From Candidatus Hodarchaeota archaeon (GTDB lineage: Archaea; Asgardarchaeota; Heimdallarchaeia; Hodarchaeales; Hodarchaeaceae), in contig JAEOTC010000073.1 in assembly GCA_016840035.1 (NCBI GenBank), positions 1-27,419 on the forward strand: 27,419 nucleotides of DNA, read 5' to 3'. Position 1 is the first letter of the stretch; every line of letters begins with the position of its first letter. This document shows, one piece after another, positions 17,281 through 25,871 of the stretch. Under the pieces are notes generated by a model. It saw only the letters and a list, made by a program, of their open reading frames with translations. It searched no databases and was not told the origin of the DNA. The translations under genes and the position numbers were made by a program.

Positions 17281-17916
17281 TTGTACAATCGGACTCATCT
17301 TTGGTTTGGGCTGGTATGTAATCTTGGTATTTCATACCTCTACATCCCTTTTTCGGTGACTGTCTGGTTTCTCCTACTTCCTATCTTGATACTATTTAGT
17401 TTCTTCTCCCTTCTTCCCAACGTATTAGATCCATATTTCTGTAAAGACCGTAAAACTCACACGTGTCTTGAAAGATGTCGACACCCAGTTACGCATAGTC
17501 CCCTTATTTTCCTCCTTTTAAGTTTTATTTTATCTCTAATTCCTTTAGACTTTACTGAATATCGCCTGTTTATATGGTTCTTTGTTGTTTCCTATGGTTC
17601 CCATTTGTTTTTAGATATCTTTTCTCACGAGGGATTACCTCTGTTATTTCGTCCTTCATTATTTCTTCAGGATCACGCAAAAAACTATCTCTTTGATTTT
17701 CATTCAAAACCTCGTCCACGATTACGTCTTCTCTCAGATAAGGTTTTACGCAATGATCTTCAAATTAATCATCGAATTTGTCTTGGATGTAAGGTGATTG
17801 TTCTCCTCATTGGTTTTCAGCTTATTGTAGAGATGAGCAAGACCAATTTTGATCTTCAACTACTATTAAATGCCATATTACGTCTTTTTTCATCAATGAT
17901 GAGGAGTTCGTTGTGA
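17281..17916 (+). CDS. YdjM/DUF457-like membrane metal-dependent hydrolase
   Basis: Motifs TH, LLPNVLD, RHPVTHS and SHLFLD..SHEGLPL..P, with multiple TM segments. Confidence 0.75.
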   Translation: MYNRTHLWFGLVCNLGISYLYIPFSVTVWFLLLPILILFSFFSLLPNVLDPYFCKDRKTHTCLERCRHPVTHSPLIFLLLSFILSLIPLDFTEYRLFIWFFVVSYGSHLFLDIFSHEGLPLLFRPSLFLQDHAKNYLFDFHSKPRPRLRLLSDKVLRNDLQINHRICLGCKVIVLLIGFQLIVEMSKTNFDLQLLLNAILRLFSSMMRSSL

Positions 17917-18980
17917 TGTCGCAACACATGAATACAAAACCAATTCTTCTACGATTTCTTGCTCTTTTTCTTCTAGTCTTCCCTTTTTGGTCAATAGGCC
18001 ATTCCAATCTTGTCGAAACAACCATTTCTGATTCACAGAGTACAATTGAAGTGATTAATTTAGATGTTTCAAATGATATTTCCTGTACTAACCGACTAAC
18101 TGCTTTTACCATTCAAAAGGCATTTTTTCCGCTGTCAATTACAAATCAGGAATTATTTGCTATTTTCACGGTTTCTAATTCGGGTCAGGTGCTGAAGAAA
18201 ATTTCTATCACAGTTAATGTGGATGATTATGAGTGGGTGCAAACCTATAATCGAGTGGAGAACTCACGCGATATTTATTATGATTTTTCCTTGGAAACGG
18301 AACTTGTCATCCCATTAACTGGCACTCCCACCTGGAATGATATCACAATCTTCCATGCAAGCTTTTCATTAGAATATTATCCAAGTATCACAAATATCGA
18401 CGCTTCGTTTAGCCTTCTTAAATCTGAAATCGTACAGGTTCGTAATCTGCGTTCATCCGAGGTTATAGGTATTCCTTCTAACTTCATTGTCCATGTAGTC
18501 CCCTCAGAGGTATTACAACACCGAAAGAGATATATTCTAACCACATATTATAGAACCAACATTTCTCAGAATTCTAAGCTATATGTCACTCTATCCTTGG
18601 ATACTCCGCTCCAGATTGAAACTCTTAATCTTATTGGGACCTCCCTTACCTCCAAATATGATGATATTCGTACTTCTCACCGCGTAGAGATAATTTTAGA
18701 GAGAAACCTAACTAAGGTTCAATTCCAGTTAGAACTAGCGGAGGGATTGGTAGAGAGTATTGTAGAAATTAATATTCACATTGATAACGTGATTTTAACT
18801 TCACAAGATCCTAACCTCAGAAATGGACTATTCAATGAACTACATCTACCTCCTCATCCGATTCCAGAGGAAATTATGTTTGTTGTTTTAATTACTGTTC
18901 TATTTGGAATTCCCACTTATTTAGTCTATAAACACCAAGAACTAGAAGCGAAAAAACGGTTGAATATTCTAAAAGAGTGA
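17913..18980 (+). CDS. Secreted, C-terminally membrane-anchored hypothetical protein (beta-rich ectodomain)
   Basis: Signal-like N-terminus (LLRFLALFLLVFPFW) and C-terminal TM (IMFVVLITVLFGIPTYLVY) with a charged tail. GTGA overlap with the upstream gene. Confidence 0.8.
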   Translation: MMSQHMNTKPILLRFLALFLLVFPFWSIGHSNLVETTISDSQSTIEVINLDVSNDISCTNRLTAFTIQKAFFPLSITNQELFAIFTVSNSGQVLKKISITVNVDDYEWVQTYNRVENSRDIYYDFSLETELVIPLTGTPTWNDITIFHASFSLEYYPSITNIDASFSLLKSEIVQVRNLRSSEVIGIPSNFIVHVVPSEVLQHRKRYILTTYYRTNISQNSKLYVTLSLDTPLQIETLNLIGTSLTSKYDDIRTSHRVEIILERNLTKVQFQLELAEGLVESIVEINIHIDNVILTSQDPNLRNGLFNELHLPPHPIPEEIMFVVLITVLFGIPTYLVYKHQELEAKKRLNILKE

Positions 18981-18987
18981 ATGACAC

Positions 18988-19698
18988 ATGTTTGCCAAGG
19001 ACGAAGCAATTGATGTGCGGGAGGGGTTTATCGTCTACTTACTTGTATATACTCTTTTCAGGAACTCTATTTTCGCTGCTTCAGTAGGAGTGCTCGTAGC
19101 TTTCATATTAGCGTATTATCGTTCCAGGATAACTCAATTTGACTCACAGAGAGCACATCGAGGCTTAAAATTCTCCATCTTTGAATCAAAACTCCTTCCT
19201 AACACAGTAATGATAGATATAGGTCAGCATTTATACGCCTACACTGGATTTCTTTTTCTTTCTACAATTGAGGACGACATTTCTGTAGCTACACTCCGGT
19301 TACAAAGCCAATTTGGAACTTCTCATACCTATAGCCAGCTTGGTTCTCTCTATCTTCTCAATTATAAATATGAGATTACCTCCTCATGGGAGAATGTCCC
19401 AGAAGCGAAAAAATTGTATGTTCTTCAGCAGTGTAACCAACATATCACAAACTTTCAGAGAGTTTTACAAGAGATGCTTCCAGGGGTAAAATTTCGAGTT
19501 CTTTCGATTGATGAAGTAATGGATGAACTTGTAGTATGCATCAATCCTCCAAACCCAATTGATCTTTTACCATCTAATGATTCCAAGATCACATTTAATT
19601 CTTCTTCAATGGAAATCACGTTGCCACCTTCAGAAAACGACCAAGATTTACCTGAATCCCCAATAGCCACCCCACCCATTCTCCCAAAGATACCCTAG
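18988..19698 (+). CDS. Membrane protein with an N-terminal TM hairpin, a soluble domain and a Pro-rich C-terminal tail
   Basis: TM segments at about residues 14-44. The C-terminus is ITLPPSENDQDLPESPIATPPILPKIP*. Its stop overlaps the stop of the AAA ATPase gene. Confidence 0.78.
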   Translation: MFAKDEAIDVREGFIVYLLVYTLFRNSIFAASVGVLVAFILAYYRSRITQFDSQRAHRGLKFSIFESKLLPNTVMIDIGQHLYAYTGFLFLSTIEDDISVATLRLQSQFGTSHTYSQLGSLYLLNYKYEITSSWENVPEAKKLYVLQQCNQHITNFQRVLQEMLPGVKFRVLSIDEVMDELVVCINPPNPIDLLPSNDSKITFNSSSMEITLPPSENDQDLPESPIATPPILPKIP

Positions 19699-20984
19699 AT
19701 CTGTCGTAATAATTTTCGTTTCTGGATAATTTTAGGTTTAGGATGTAATCGTTCTAATCGATATTTCTCCTGCAGAAGTACAGGTTCCCAAGAATACGCA
19801 GGTTCGTTAGTCTTTGGGAATCCAAATTGTTGATCTAGGAATCGAAAGGTTGATGGCTCTAGTGCTTCAAATGTACAAAAGTATGGGGTTAAATCGGCTC
19901 TTAAGGACAATATTTTCTTTCGTAGAAGTGATTCAGCTTGTTCGTTATTGTCAAGAATTGCATCCGCTGTTTCCCAAATTGCTCCATGCACAATATTAGT
20001 GATTTCATTAGCGGTTAGTCCTAACATTGCCTGAACCAACTGTATATTCTCCTTTGAATGGAATTCTAGATTCACTCCCGCCCTATGAGTAATATTTGAT
20101 ATTAATTGCTGAATTGTAACTTTATCTGGAGGAGGAATGTAGACTCGTCTATCAAAACGACGCATCATTGCGCCCTCCAATCGATCAGGTCTGTTAGTTG
20201 TTGCGATAACCCTTACCTGTTTTACATTGTCTTTATTCTCATAACGATAGCCATCTAATGCTGTTAATAGGGCTTTTCTAAGCCTCATCATTGCTTCGGA
20301 TTCACTTTGGACTTTGCCCGCGATAGCATCAAACTCGTCAAAGAGTATAATACATCCTTCAGGTTCTGCATACGCGTTCTGGAATACACGCTCGATGTTT
20401 TTTTCGGTCTCTCCAAACCATTTACTCGAAATATTCCCTGGAGTTATGTTGTAAAGTGATAGACCCGACTCTTTAACCTTATCAATCGTTAATAACGACT
20501 TTCCGCATCCTGGAGGTCCAAAAAACAAAGTAGAAAGGGGGGGTTTATTACTTAGCATCCAGATATCCTTACGCTCCAGTGGAACTGTCACAATTTGGTT
20601 CAATACTTTTTTTGCTAATTTCAACCCTATTGTTTTAGGTTGGTATTCTTTCTTTTCATATTTAATACGTATTTTGGATATTAAATCGTCATTTCTATTC
20701 ATGGAGGAATTATTCATATTAATGGGATGGATATGATCTTTTTGAGAGAATTTAAGTCCGTCTATAGTTTCATTAATTATACTTAATTGAAATTCCCACA
20801 ATTTCTGGGTAGAGGACTGTGAATTTTTGTCTATGGCGTTAATGAAAAGTTCTTGGGACTGGTTGAAATAGTTCAAAGCACTCAATGGATTATTTCTTAG
20901 CAAGAAAGAATGTCCCACTAAATATTTCTGATGAGCATTTAATATCTCCTTGGGGAATTCGTAATTTTTCATTTCAACATACAA
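19695..20984 (-). CDS. Vps4/CdvC-like AAA+ ATPase (meiotic clade) with a MIT-like N-terminal helical domain (likely start ATG 20972)
   Basis: Motifs IGLKLAK..L..IVTVP, Walker A GPPGCGKS, pore loop SKWFGETEK, Walker B IILFDEFD, ESEAMMR, SRH TTNRPDRLE.AMMRRFDRRVYIPPPD. The N-terminus SALNYFNQSQELF...QLSIINETIDGLK resembles MIT helices. Confidence 0.85.
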   Translation of the reverse strand: MYVEMKNYEFPKEILNAHQKYLVGHSFLLRNNPLSALNYFNQSQELFINAIDKNSQSSTQKLWEFQLSIINETIDGLKFSQKDHIHPINMNNSSMNRNDDLISKIRIKYEKKEYQPKTIGLKLAKKVLNQIVTVPLERKDIWMLSNKPPLSTLFFGPPGCGKSLLTIDKVKESGLSLYNITPGNISSKWFGETEKNIERVFQNAYAEPEGCIILFDEFDAIAGKVQSESEAMMRLRKALLTALDGYRYENKDNVKQVRVIATTNRPDRLEGAMMRRFDRRVYIPPPDKVTIQQLISNITHRAGVNLEFHSKENIQLVQAMLGLTANEITNIVHGAIWETADAILDNNEQAESLLRKKILSLRADLTPYFCTFEALEPSTFRFLDQQFGFPKTNEPAYSWEPVLLQEKYRLERLHPKPKIIQKRKLLRQI

Positions 20985-20992
20985 TATCTGCC

Positions 20993-21011
20993 GAGGTTTT
21001 TATATCTGAAA
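20993..21011. repeat. 19-bp promoter-like direct repeat, copy 2 (GAGGTTTTTATATCTGAAA)
   Basis: 18/19 identical to 17200-17218. The minus-strand TATAAAAA ends ~25 nt before ATG 20972, consistent with leaderless geometry. Confidence 0.75.
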
Positions 21012-21086
21012 AGCAATCTATTCACTCTATAAACTAGATTTCATATTATTTTACATATATAAACCTCATCCTCCATTCCTTACTGA

Positions 21087-21971
21087 ATGAATATGAGTTC
21101 AATATTCGAGGTGCTCTTTGAGGAAGTCGGTCGATCAATTTTAGGTTGGTATGTGGCACAATTTGATATCTCAACTCCGTTCAGAGCAGTTGTGTATATC
21201 TTGTTTAACTTTCTCCTGGTGAAAGGAATTCTTACTCTTTTTCCCTTTCTCAATCCACTTGCTGATTTTCTGACCTGGCCTTTTCGACTAATTAACCTTT
21301 ATTCCCATATTGACGCAGCTCGTGAATTGGATATCGAAATTAAACAAAATGCAAAACTAAATCCTCCAGCTATTGCCCCTCCTGATGAAGAAGAACGTCG
21401 TATAGAGTTTGGGGTCTATAACCGATTTGAATTAGATAAACGCGCAGTAGGGTCGAATTTCTACTTCTCAGGAACCAGAGTTGCTGATACAAGTAAAATT
21501 GCATTGGCTTCCACAAAGATTGCCGTCCTATTCTTCTTAGTGTATTTAGCTATTTTCCCTTTTGTGGCAATCCTTGGAATTTTCGGATTCATAATTCATC
21601 TGTATTCCTCCTTGGTACTTTTTCATGCCTTATTTCCAAGTACTAATGAACAGATGATGGTTCTGTACGAGCTCATGCGTGGGGGTCATATCCCTCCCTT
21701 GTGTATGTATTGGGTCTGTTTTGTATTTGGAGCTTTTTCTCTTGAAACTCTATTACGATCAGGTGGTAATATCTTCTTAGGCCTGTTTTCTGGCATTGTA
21801 TGGAGTCATGGATACCTGTTCTTTCTTACTATGATTTGTCAGTGGTTTAATGTTCACTCAAAGCAGAAATATCCTGTTTTACGAGCAATTCCAGACAGTA
21901 GCGAAACTAAGTCCGAGAATAAGCATAAATCTGCTATGTCCCACTTTTCTTCAGAACTGAATTATGAATAA
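21087..21971 (+). CDS. Polytopic membrane protein, possibly a degenerate M50/site-2-protease-like fold
   Basis: Multiple TM segments. WPFRLINLYSHIDAA occupies the position of an HExxH helix with only the second His retained. Later segments include KIALAS and FPSTNE. Confidence 0.75.
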   Translation: MNMSSIFEVLFEEVGRSILGWYVAQFDISTPFRAVVYILFNFLLVKGILTLFPFLNPLADFLTWPFRLINLYSHIDAARELDIEIKQNAKLNPPAIAPPDEEERRIEFGVYNRFELDKRAVGSNFYFSGTRVADTSKIALASTKIAVLFFLVYLAIFPFVAILGIFGFIIHLYSSLVLFHALFPSTNEQMMVLYELMRGGHIPPLCMYWVCFVFGAFSLETLLRSGGNIFLGLFSGIVWSHGYLFFLTMICQWFNVHSKQKYPVLRAIPDSSETKSENKHKSAMSHFSSELNYE

Positions 21972-21992
21972 ACTACAAAAAAAATGGATGTG

Positions 21993-22013
21993 TAAGGAAA
22001 TACATTTTCCTTA
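21993..22013. terminator. Inverted repeat TAAGGAAA-N5-TTTCCTTA between convergent genes; possible terminator
   Basis: Perfect 8-bp inverted repeat overlapping the UbiD stop. The A-tract at ~21977-21984 gives a U-tract on the minus strand. Confidence 0.35.
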
Positions 22014-23321
22014 TTCATTAAAATAATCCTTTAAATCAACTGCGGGAAACTCTGCTCTCCCGAAGCTTTTCCCTGCAGTTTTAAGTGGGGCTGTTAAATC
22101 AAACCCGACTTTATTGGTAAGTTTGGTCCCAGGTTCTGCACTAGGATCTAGACTTGAACCAGGTTCTTTCCCAATATCAACTAAATCCCGCTCAGCTTGA
22201 AATCGAGTTGCCATTGACCATTCTACATCAAGGGGATCGTAAATATTGATATCTTTGTCCACTACAAACACATGCTTGCAACTTCGATGTCCTTGGAAAG
22301 CAGCGTGAATAGCTTTCTTACCATCATCCTCTTCTTTCTTATCAATTTTTACAATAGCATGTAACCATGAAGATCCACCTGGATTTACGTTTACATCGAT
22401 ACAGGTAACACCTGCTTCGTTTACTGTTTTAAATATCGTTGGTTCACGTGGCATTCCCATCAAAACTTTATGTTCTAATGCTCCTGGTATCAAAGCTTGC
22501 CAGATAGGATTCTTCCTATGAGTAATCTTTCTCACTTCAAAAACAGGTTCATCGCGGATAACATCGTAAGTTTCAGTCAAATCTATGAAAGGCCCTTCAT
22601 TCGAGCGATCATTCATAAACACACGCCCTTCTAAAACAACTTCACATCCAGCGGGGATTAACATATCTACAGTTTGTGCTTTTACAACTTGGGTTGGAGC
22701 TAATGCATTTGCGATCTCAAGTTCATTAATTCCCGTTTTAACCGAAGTAGCTGCAGCTACCAGCACATTAGGAGTGTTACCAACACAATAAACTGCATCA
22801 ACCTCTCCTTTTCTTTCTAGAAATTTGTAAAAATCCCTACCTTTGATAATTCTCGTACTCATACGATTTTTCATAAATTGCATTGCCCGATGGAAGTCCA
22901 AATTCTGCCCATATTCGGGATCCTTAGTTACTACAACTGCTGATGAAATATATCTACCTCCATCTCGCTCATTATGTTTTAGGATAGGTAGTTTATCTAA
23001 ATCTACATTATCCATCACAACTTCTTGACAAGGAGCACTTGTAACTTCTTCAGGCAAGCTTCTTTTATCAATAGCCTCAGTGAGCTTGGGTATAAGCTCT
23101 GCAGTCGAGATTCCGAAATAATCAGCAATACTTATTTTTGTACTAAAGATATTTCCTGCTACCTTAAAGTTTGAGTATCCTTTTACGTTTTCAAATAGAA
23201 TGGGGGTCGGTTCAGCCGTTTTCAAAACAGCAGCTGCCTCAATATCTATATCGACACCTTTTTTGATTTTGGTAATTCCATTTTTCTTTTCTAATTGTGT
23301 CATGTATTCACGAAAATCCAT
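22011..23321 (-). CDS. UbiD-family decarboxylase, probable anhydromevalonate phosphate decarboxylase (AMPD)
   Basis: UbiD motifs LPILKH...DGGRYI, EGPFIDLTETY, EHKVLMG, VVDKDINIYD...VEWSMATRFQ and SSLDPS. Directly downstream of mvk, with PMDh genes in the same window. Confidence 0.88.
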   Translation of the reverse strand: MDFREYMTQLEKKNGITKIKKGVDIDIEAAAVLKTAEPTPILFENVKGYSNFKVAGNIFSTKISIADYFGISTAELIPKLTEAIDKRSLPEEVTSAPCQEVVMDNVDLDKLPILKHNERDGGRYISSAVVVTKDPEYGQNLDFHRAMQFMKNRMSTRIIKGRDFYKFLERKGEVDAVYCVGNTPNVLVAAATSVKTGINELEIANALAPTQVVKAQTVDMLIPAGCEVVLEGRVFMNDRSNEGPFIDLTETYDVIRDEPVFEVRKITHRKNPIWQALIPGALEHKVLMGMPREPTIFKTVNEAGVTCIDVNVNPGGSSWLHAIVKIDKKEEDDGKKAIHAAFQGHRSCKHVFVVDKDINIYDPLDVEWSMATRFQAERDLVDIGKEPGSSLDPSAEPGTKLTNKVGFDLTAPLKTAGKSFGRAEFPAVDLKDYFNE

Positions 23322-23350
23322 CGATTAACACCTCTATCGCTATTTTAATT

Positions 23351-24289
23351 TTAAACTCCTATTTTTGTTTTCCAGGCAGCAAATCCTGCTTCCTTCAGTG
23401 CGTTATAGACTTTATCCTGCAGATCAGTTCCTGGAGTTAGCATATTTATATTTCCTCCGCGCCCAGTTCCTGTAACTTTAGCCCCTAATGCCCCGGCTTC
23501 TCTTGCTACTTTAACCATATTATCTAATTTTTCATTAGATACCGTTATTTTCTGTAGTAGTTCATGATTTTTATTCATAAGCTTTCCTACTTGCTCTAAG
23601 TCCATTAATTCTAGCGCATGTCTCCCATCCTTAACGAGTGATTTATAGTCTTTCACAATCTTATCAAACCACTTGGGATTCTCTTCTTTTTTAGCACGAA
23701 CATCTGCCACAACTACACTTGTATTAGCTGTCATTCCTGAACTAGCTATTACCATATCCACTGGTTTAGAAAGCTTTATGGTTTCCATTGTGTTTGGCCC
23801 TCCGTGAAGATTCTTTACGAAGTAAACCAAACCTCCAAATGTCGAAGCTGTATTATCAATACCGCTAGGTGTGCCATGATATCCTTTTTCACCCTCATAT
23901 GCAGCCTCATTGATTTTCTCATCATCCCATCCCATCTGAAACTCATCATTAATTGCACGAGCTAAAGCAACACAGCTAGCAGCGGAAGCTCCTACACCAC
24001 TCGCACAAGTCAAATTCCCACCTAAGGTAATTTTCATTTTCTTATCTTCGAGGTCAATTCCCATATAATCTAGCACATTTCGTATTGACACTTTTTGTTC
24101 ATCAAATTTCTTTTTTTTATACCCAGGCACTTCAGGTCGATTATCAAATAGTTCATACCCTTTTCCCTCCTCTATTTCAACGATTGCCTCAGTAAAATCG
24201 CCAATTGCTGATGCCATGGCCGGTAAACCATAAACTACAAAATGTTCGCCGAAAAGTATTGTTTTTCCAAATCCAGAACCTGTTCCCAT
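23351..24289 (-). CDS. mvk: Mevalonate kinase
   Basis: GHMP/MVK motifs GKTILFGEHFVVYG, SGVGASAA, HGTPSGIDN, NHELL and GAKVTGTGRGG. Confidence 0.93.
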   Translation of the reverse strand: MGTGSGFGKTILFGEHFVVYGLPAMASAIGDFTEAIVEIEEGKGYELFDNRPEVPGYKKKKFDEQKVSIRNVLDYMGIDLEDKKMKITLGGNLTCASGVGASAASCVALARAINDEFQMGWDDEKINEAAYEGEKGYHGTPSGIDNTASTFGGLVYFVKNLHGGPNTMETIKLSKPVDMVIASSGMTANTSVVVADVRAKKEENPKWFDKIVKDYKSLVKDGRHALELMDLEQVGKLMNKNHELLQKITVSNEKLDNMVKVAREAGALGAKVTGTGRGGNINMLTPGTDLQDKVYNALKEAGFAAWKTKIGV

Positions 24290-24451
24290 CTTTATTTCTC
24301 ACCATAAACTTAATTCATTCAATTTACCTTACGAATGCAATAAGGACTCAATCTTTGACCAAGATTTCAGATGAACATTTGTCTTCATTTGGCTTTTTTT
24401 GTTTAGCTAACTGAGAAAGGTTGAAAAAAAAATAATTTTTTGCTTTAAATT

Positions 24452-25672
24452 ATGAGATCTCTTTTAGATTTCGATTTAAGTGGCAAAATTTGTTTAACTC
24501 GAGTGGATTTTAATTGTCCGCTTGACGATGATAAAAATATTCAGGATTTCACTCGTATTAAAGCTCATGCTGAAACAATTAAGGCCATATCTGATAATCA
24601 AGGAAAATCTGTTATAATAGCTCACCAAGGAAGACCTGGAAGTTCTGATTTTAGTAGTTTAGTACAACATTCTGAAAAACTGCAATCAACTTTGTCAGGG
24701 AAATATAATGTTGATTTCATCGAGCAAACACATGGACCAGCAGTAGAACAGAGAATTAATAAGATGAATCATGGAGATATCCTTGTCCTTGAAAATGTTC
24801 GGCAGGTTGAAGGTGAAATTCAGAATAAACTCCCTTCCGAACATGCAAAAAGTGAATATATCAAAAGCTTATCAAAGGTTGGCGAGATTTTTATCAATGA
24901 TGCTTTTTCTGCGGCACATCGTTCGCATATGAGCTTAGTAGGATTTACTGGGATTTTACCATCTGCTGCAGGACTTATTATGGAGAGAGAAGTGATTAAC
25001 CTTCAACGAGTTGTTGATGACCCTCAAAAACCTTGTGTTTTCATTTTAGGAGGAATTAAGCCTGAAGACTCATTCAAAGTAGCTGAACATGTATTGAGTA
25101 ATGATATCGCAGATGCTGTTTTAACAGGTGGTGTTATCTCTGAAATTTTATTAGTCGCAATGGGAAAGTCTTTGGGAGAACCAACTATGAATTTTTTGAA
25201 GAAAAAAGATTTACTTCAATTTATTGAACCAGCAAAAAGTCTACTTTCAAAATTTTCAGATAAAATCGAAATCCAGCAAGATTTTGCGGTTGATGAAGGT
25301 GGCAGAGTTAACTATGGAATGTCTGATCTTCCACTCAGTGCATCCATTCTTGATATTGGAGGGAAGACAATTGAGCATTATACTGAAATTATCAGAAATT
25401 CTTCAACATGCGTTCTTAACGGCCCCATGGGTAAATTTGAGGATCCAGAATTTGCCAAAGGGACTTTAGAAGTATTTAAAGCTATGAGTAAATCTCAAGG
25501 ATTCTCTCTTGCGGGTGGTGGGCATAGTATCTCTATTCTAGAGAAAAATAACATCAAACTATCCTATATGAGTACAGCTGGAGGAGCCATGATTCGTTTC
25601 TTAATGGGAAAGACACTACCGGCTATAAATGCGCTTTATAAGAATGAGGATGAATTTCCTAGCAGTATATAA
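24452..25672 (+). CDS. pgk: Phosphoglycerate kinase (archaeal type)
   Basis: Motifs RVDFNCP, AHQGRPG, LENVR, FINDAFSAAHRSHMS, NGPMGKFE, GGGH and STAGGA. Confidence 0.97.
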   Translation: MRSLLDFDLSGKICLTRVDFNCPLDDDKNIQDFTRIKAHAETIKAISDNQGKSVIIAHQGRPGSSDFSSLVQHSEKLQSTLSGKYNVDFIEQTHGPAVEQRINKMNHGDILVLENVRQVEGEIQNKLPSEHAKSEYIKSLSKVGEIFINDAFSAAHRSHMSLVGFTGILPSAAGLIMEREVINLQRVVDDPQKPCVFILGGIKPEDSFKVAEHVLSNDIADAVLTGGVISEILLVAMGKSLGEPTMNFLKKKDLLQFIEPAKSLLSKFSDKIEIQQDFAVDEGGRVNYGMSDLPLSASILDIGGKTIEHYTEIIRNSSTCVLNGPMGKFEDPEFAKGTLEVFKAMSKSQGFSLAGGGHSISILEKNNIKLSYMSTAGGAMIRFLMGKTLPAINALYKNEDEFPSSI

Positions 25673-25871
25673 GAATTTAATTAGATTATTCTCAATACTA
25701 AAGTTATACTAATCACCAAATCGAATTATTTTCTGTAACACACTAATATTGATAAAACCGTTAAGATAGAACCTATCTAATCCAACAAAAAACAAATTTT
25801 CAATAAATCGGAAGAGATAAAAAAAGGGATAAGTATCATTATCCTAAATTCCATAGGATGTTAGGTTGAGC

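Larger units (their letters stand above)
2304..21992. mobile_element. Putative accessory island inserted in the mevalonate cluster (boundaries approximate; no integrase seen)
   Basis: About 19.7 kb of hypothetical, secreted and membrane genes separates PMDh-L/S from the UbiD and mvk genes of the same pathway. A duplicated PMDh-S 3' end lies nearby. Confidence 0.45.

Noticed and set aside
2304-21992. Provirus or conjugative element identity for the island
   Set aside because: No integrase, transposase, capsid, relaxase, replication gene or tRNA att site was recognised, so only a generic island is supported.
21973-22005. Minus-strand ATG right after the ubiD stop (MYFLTHPFFL*) as a remnant of a PMDh-L start
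   Set aside because: Only superficial similarity over a few residues, and it is explained equally well by the local hairpin.
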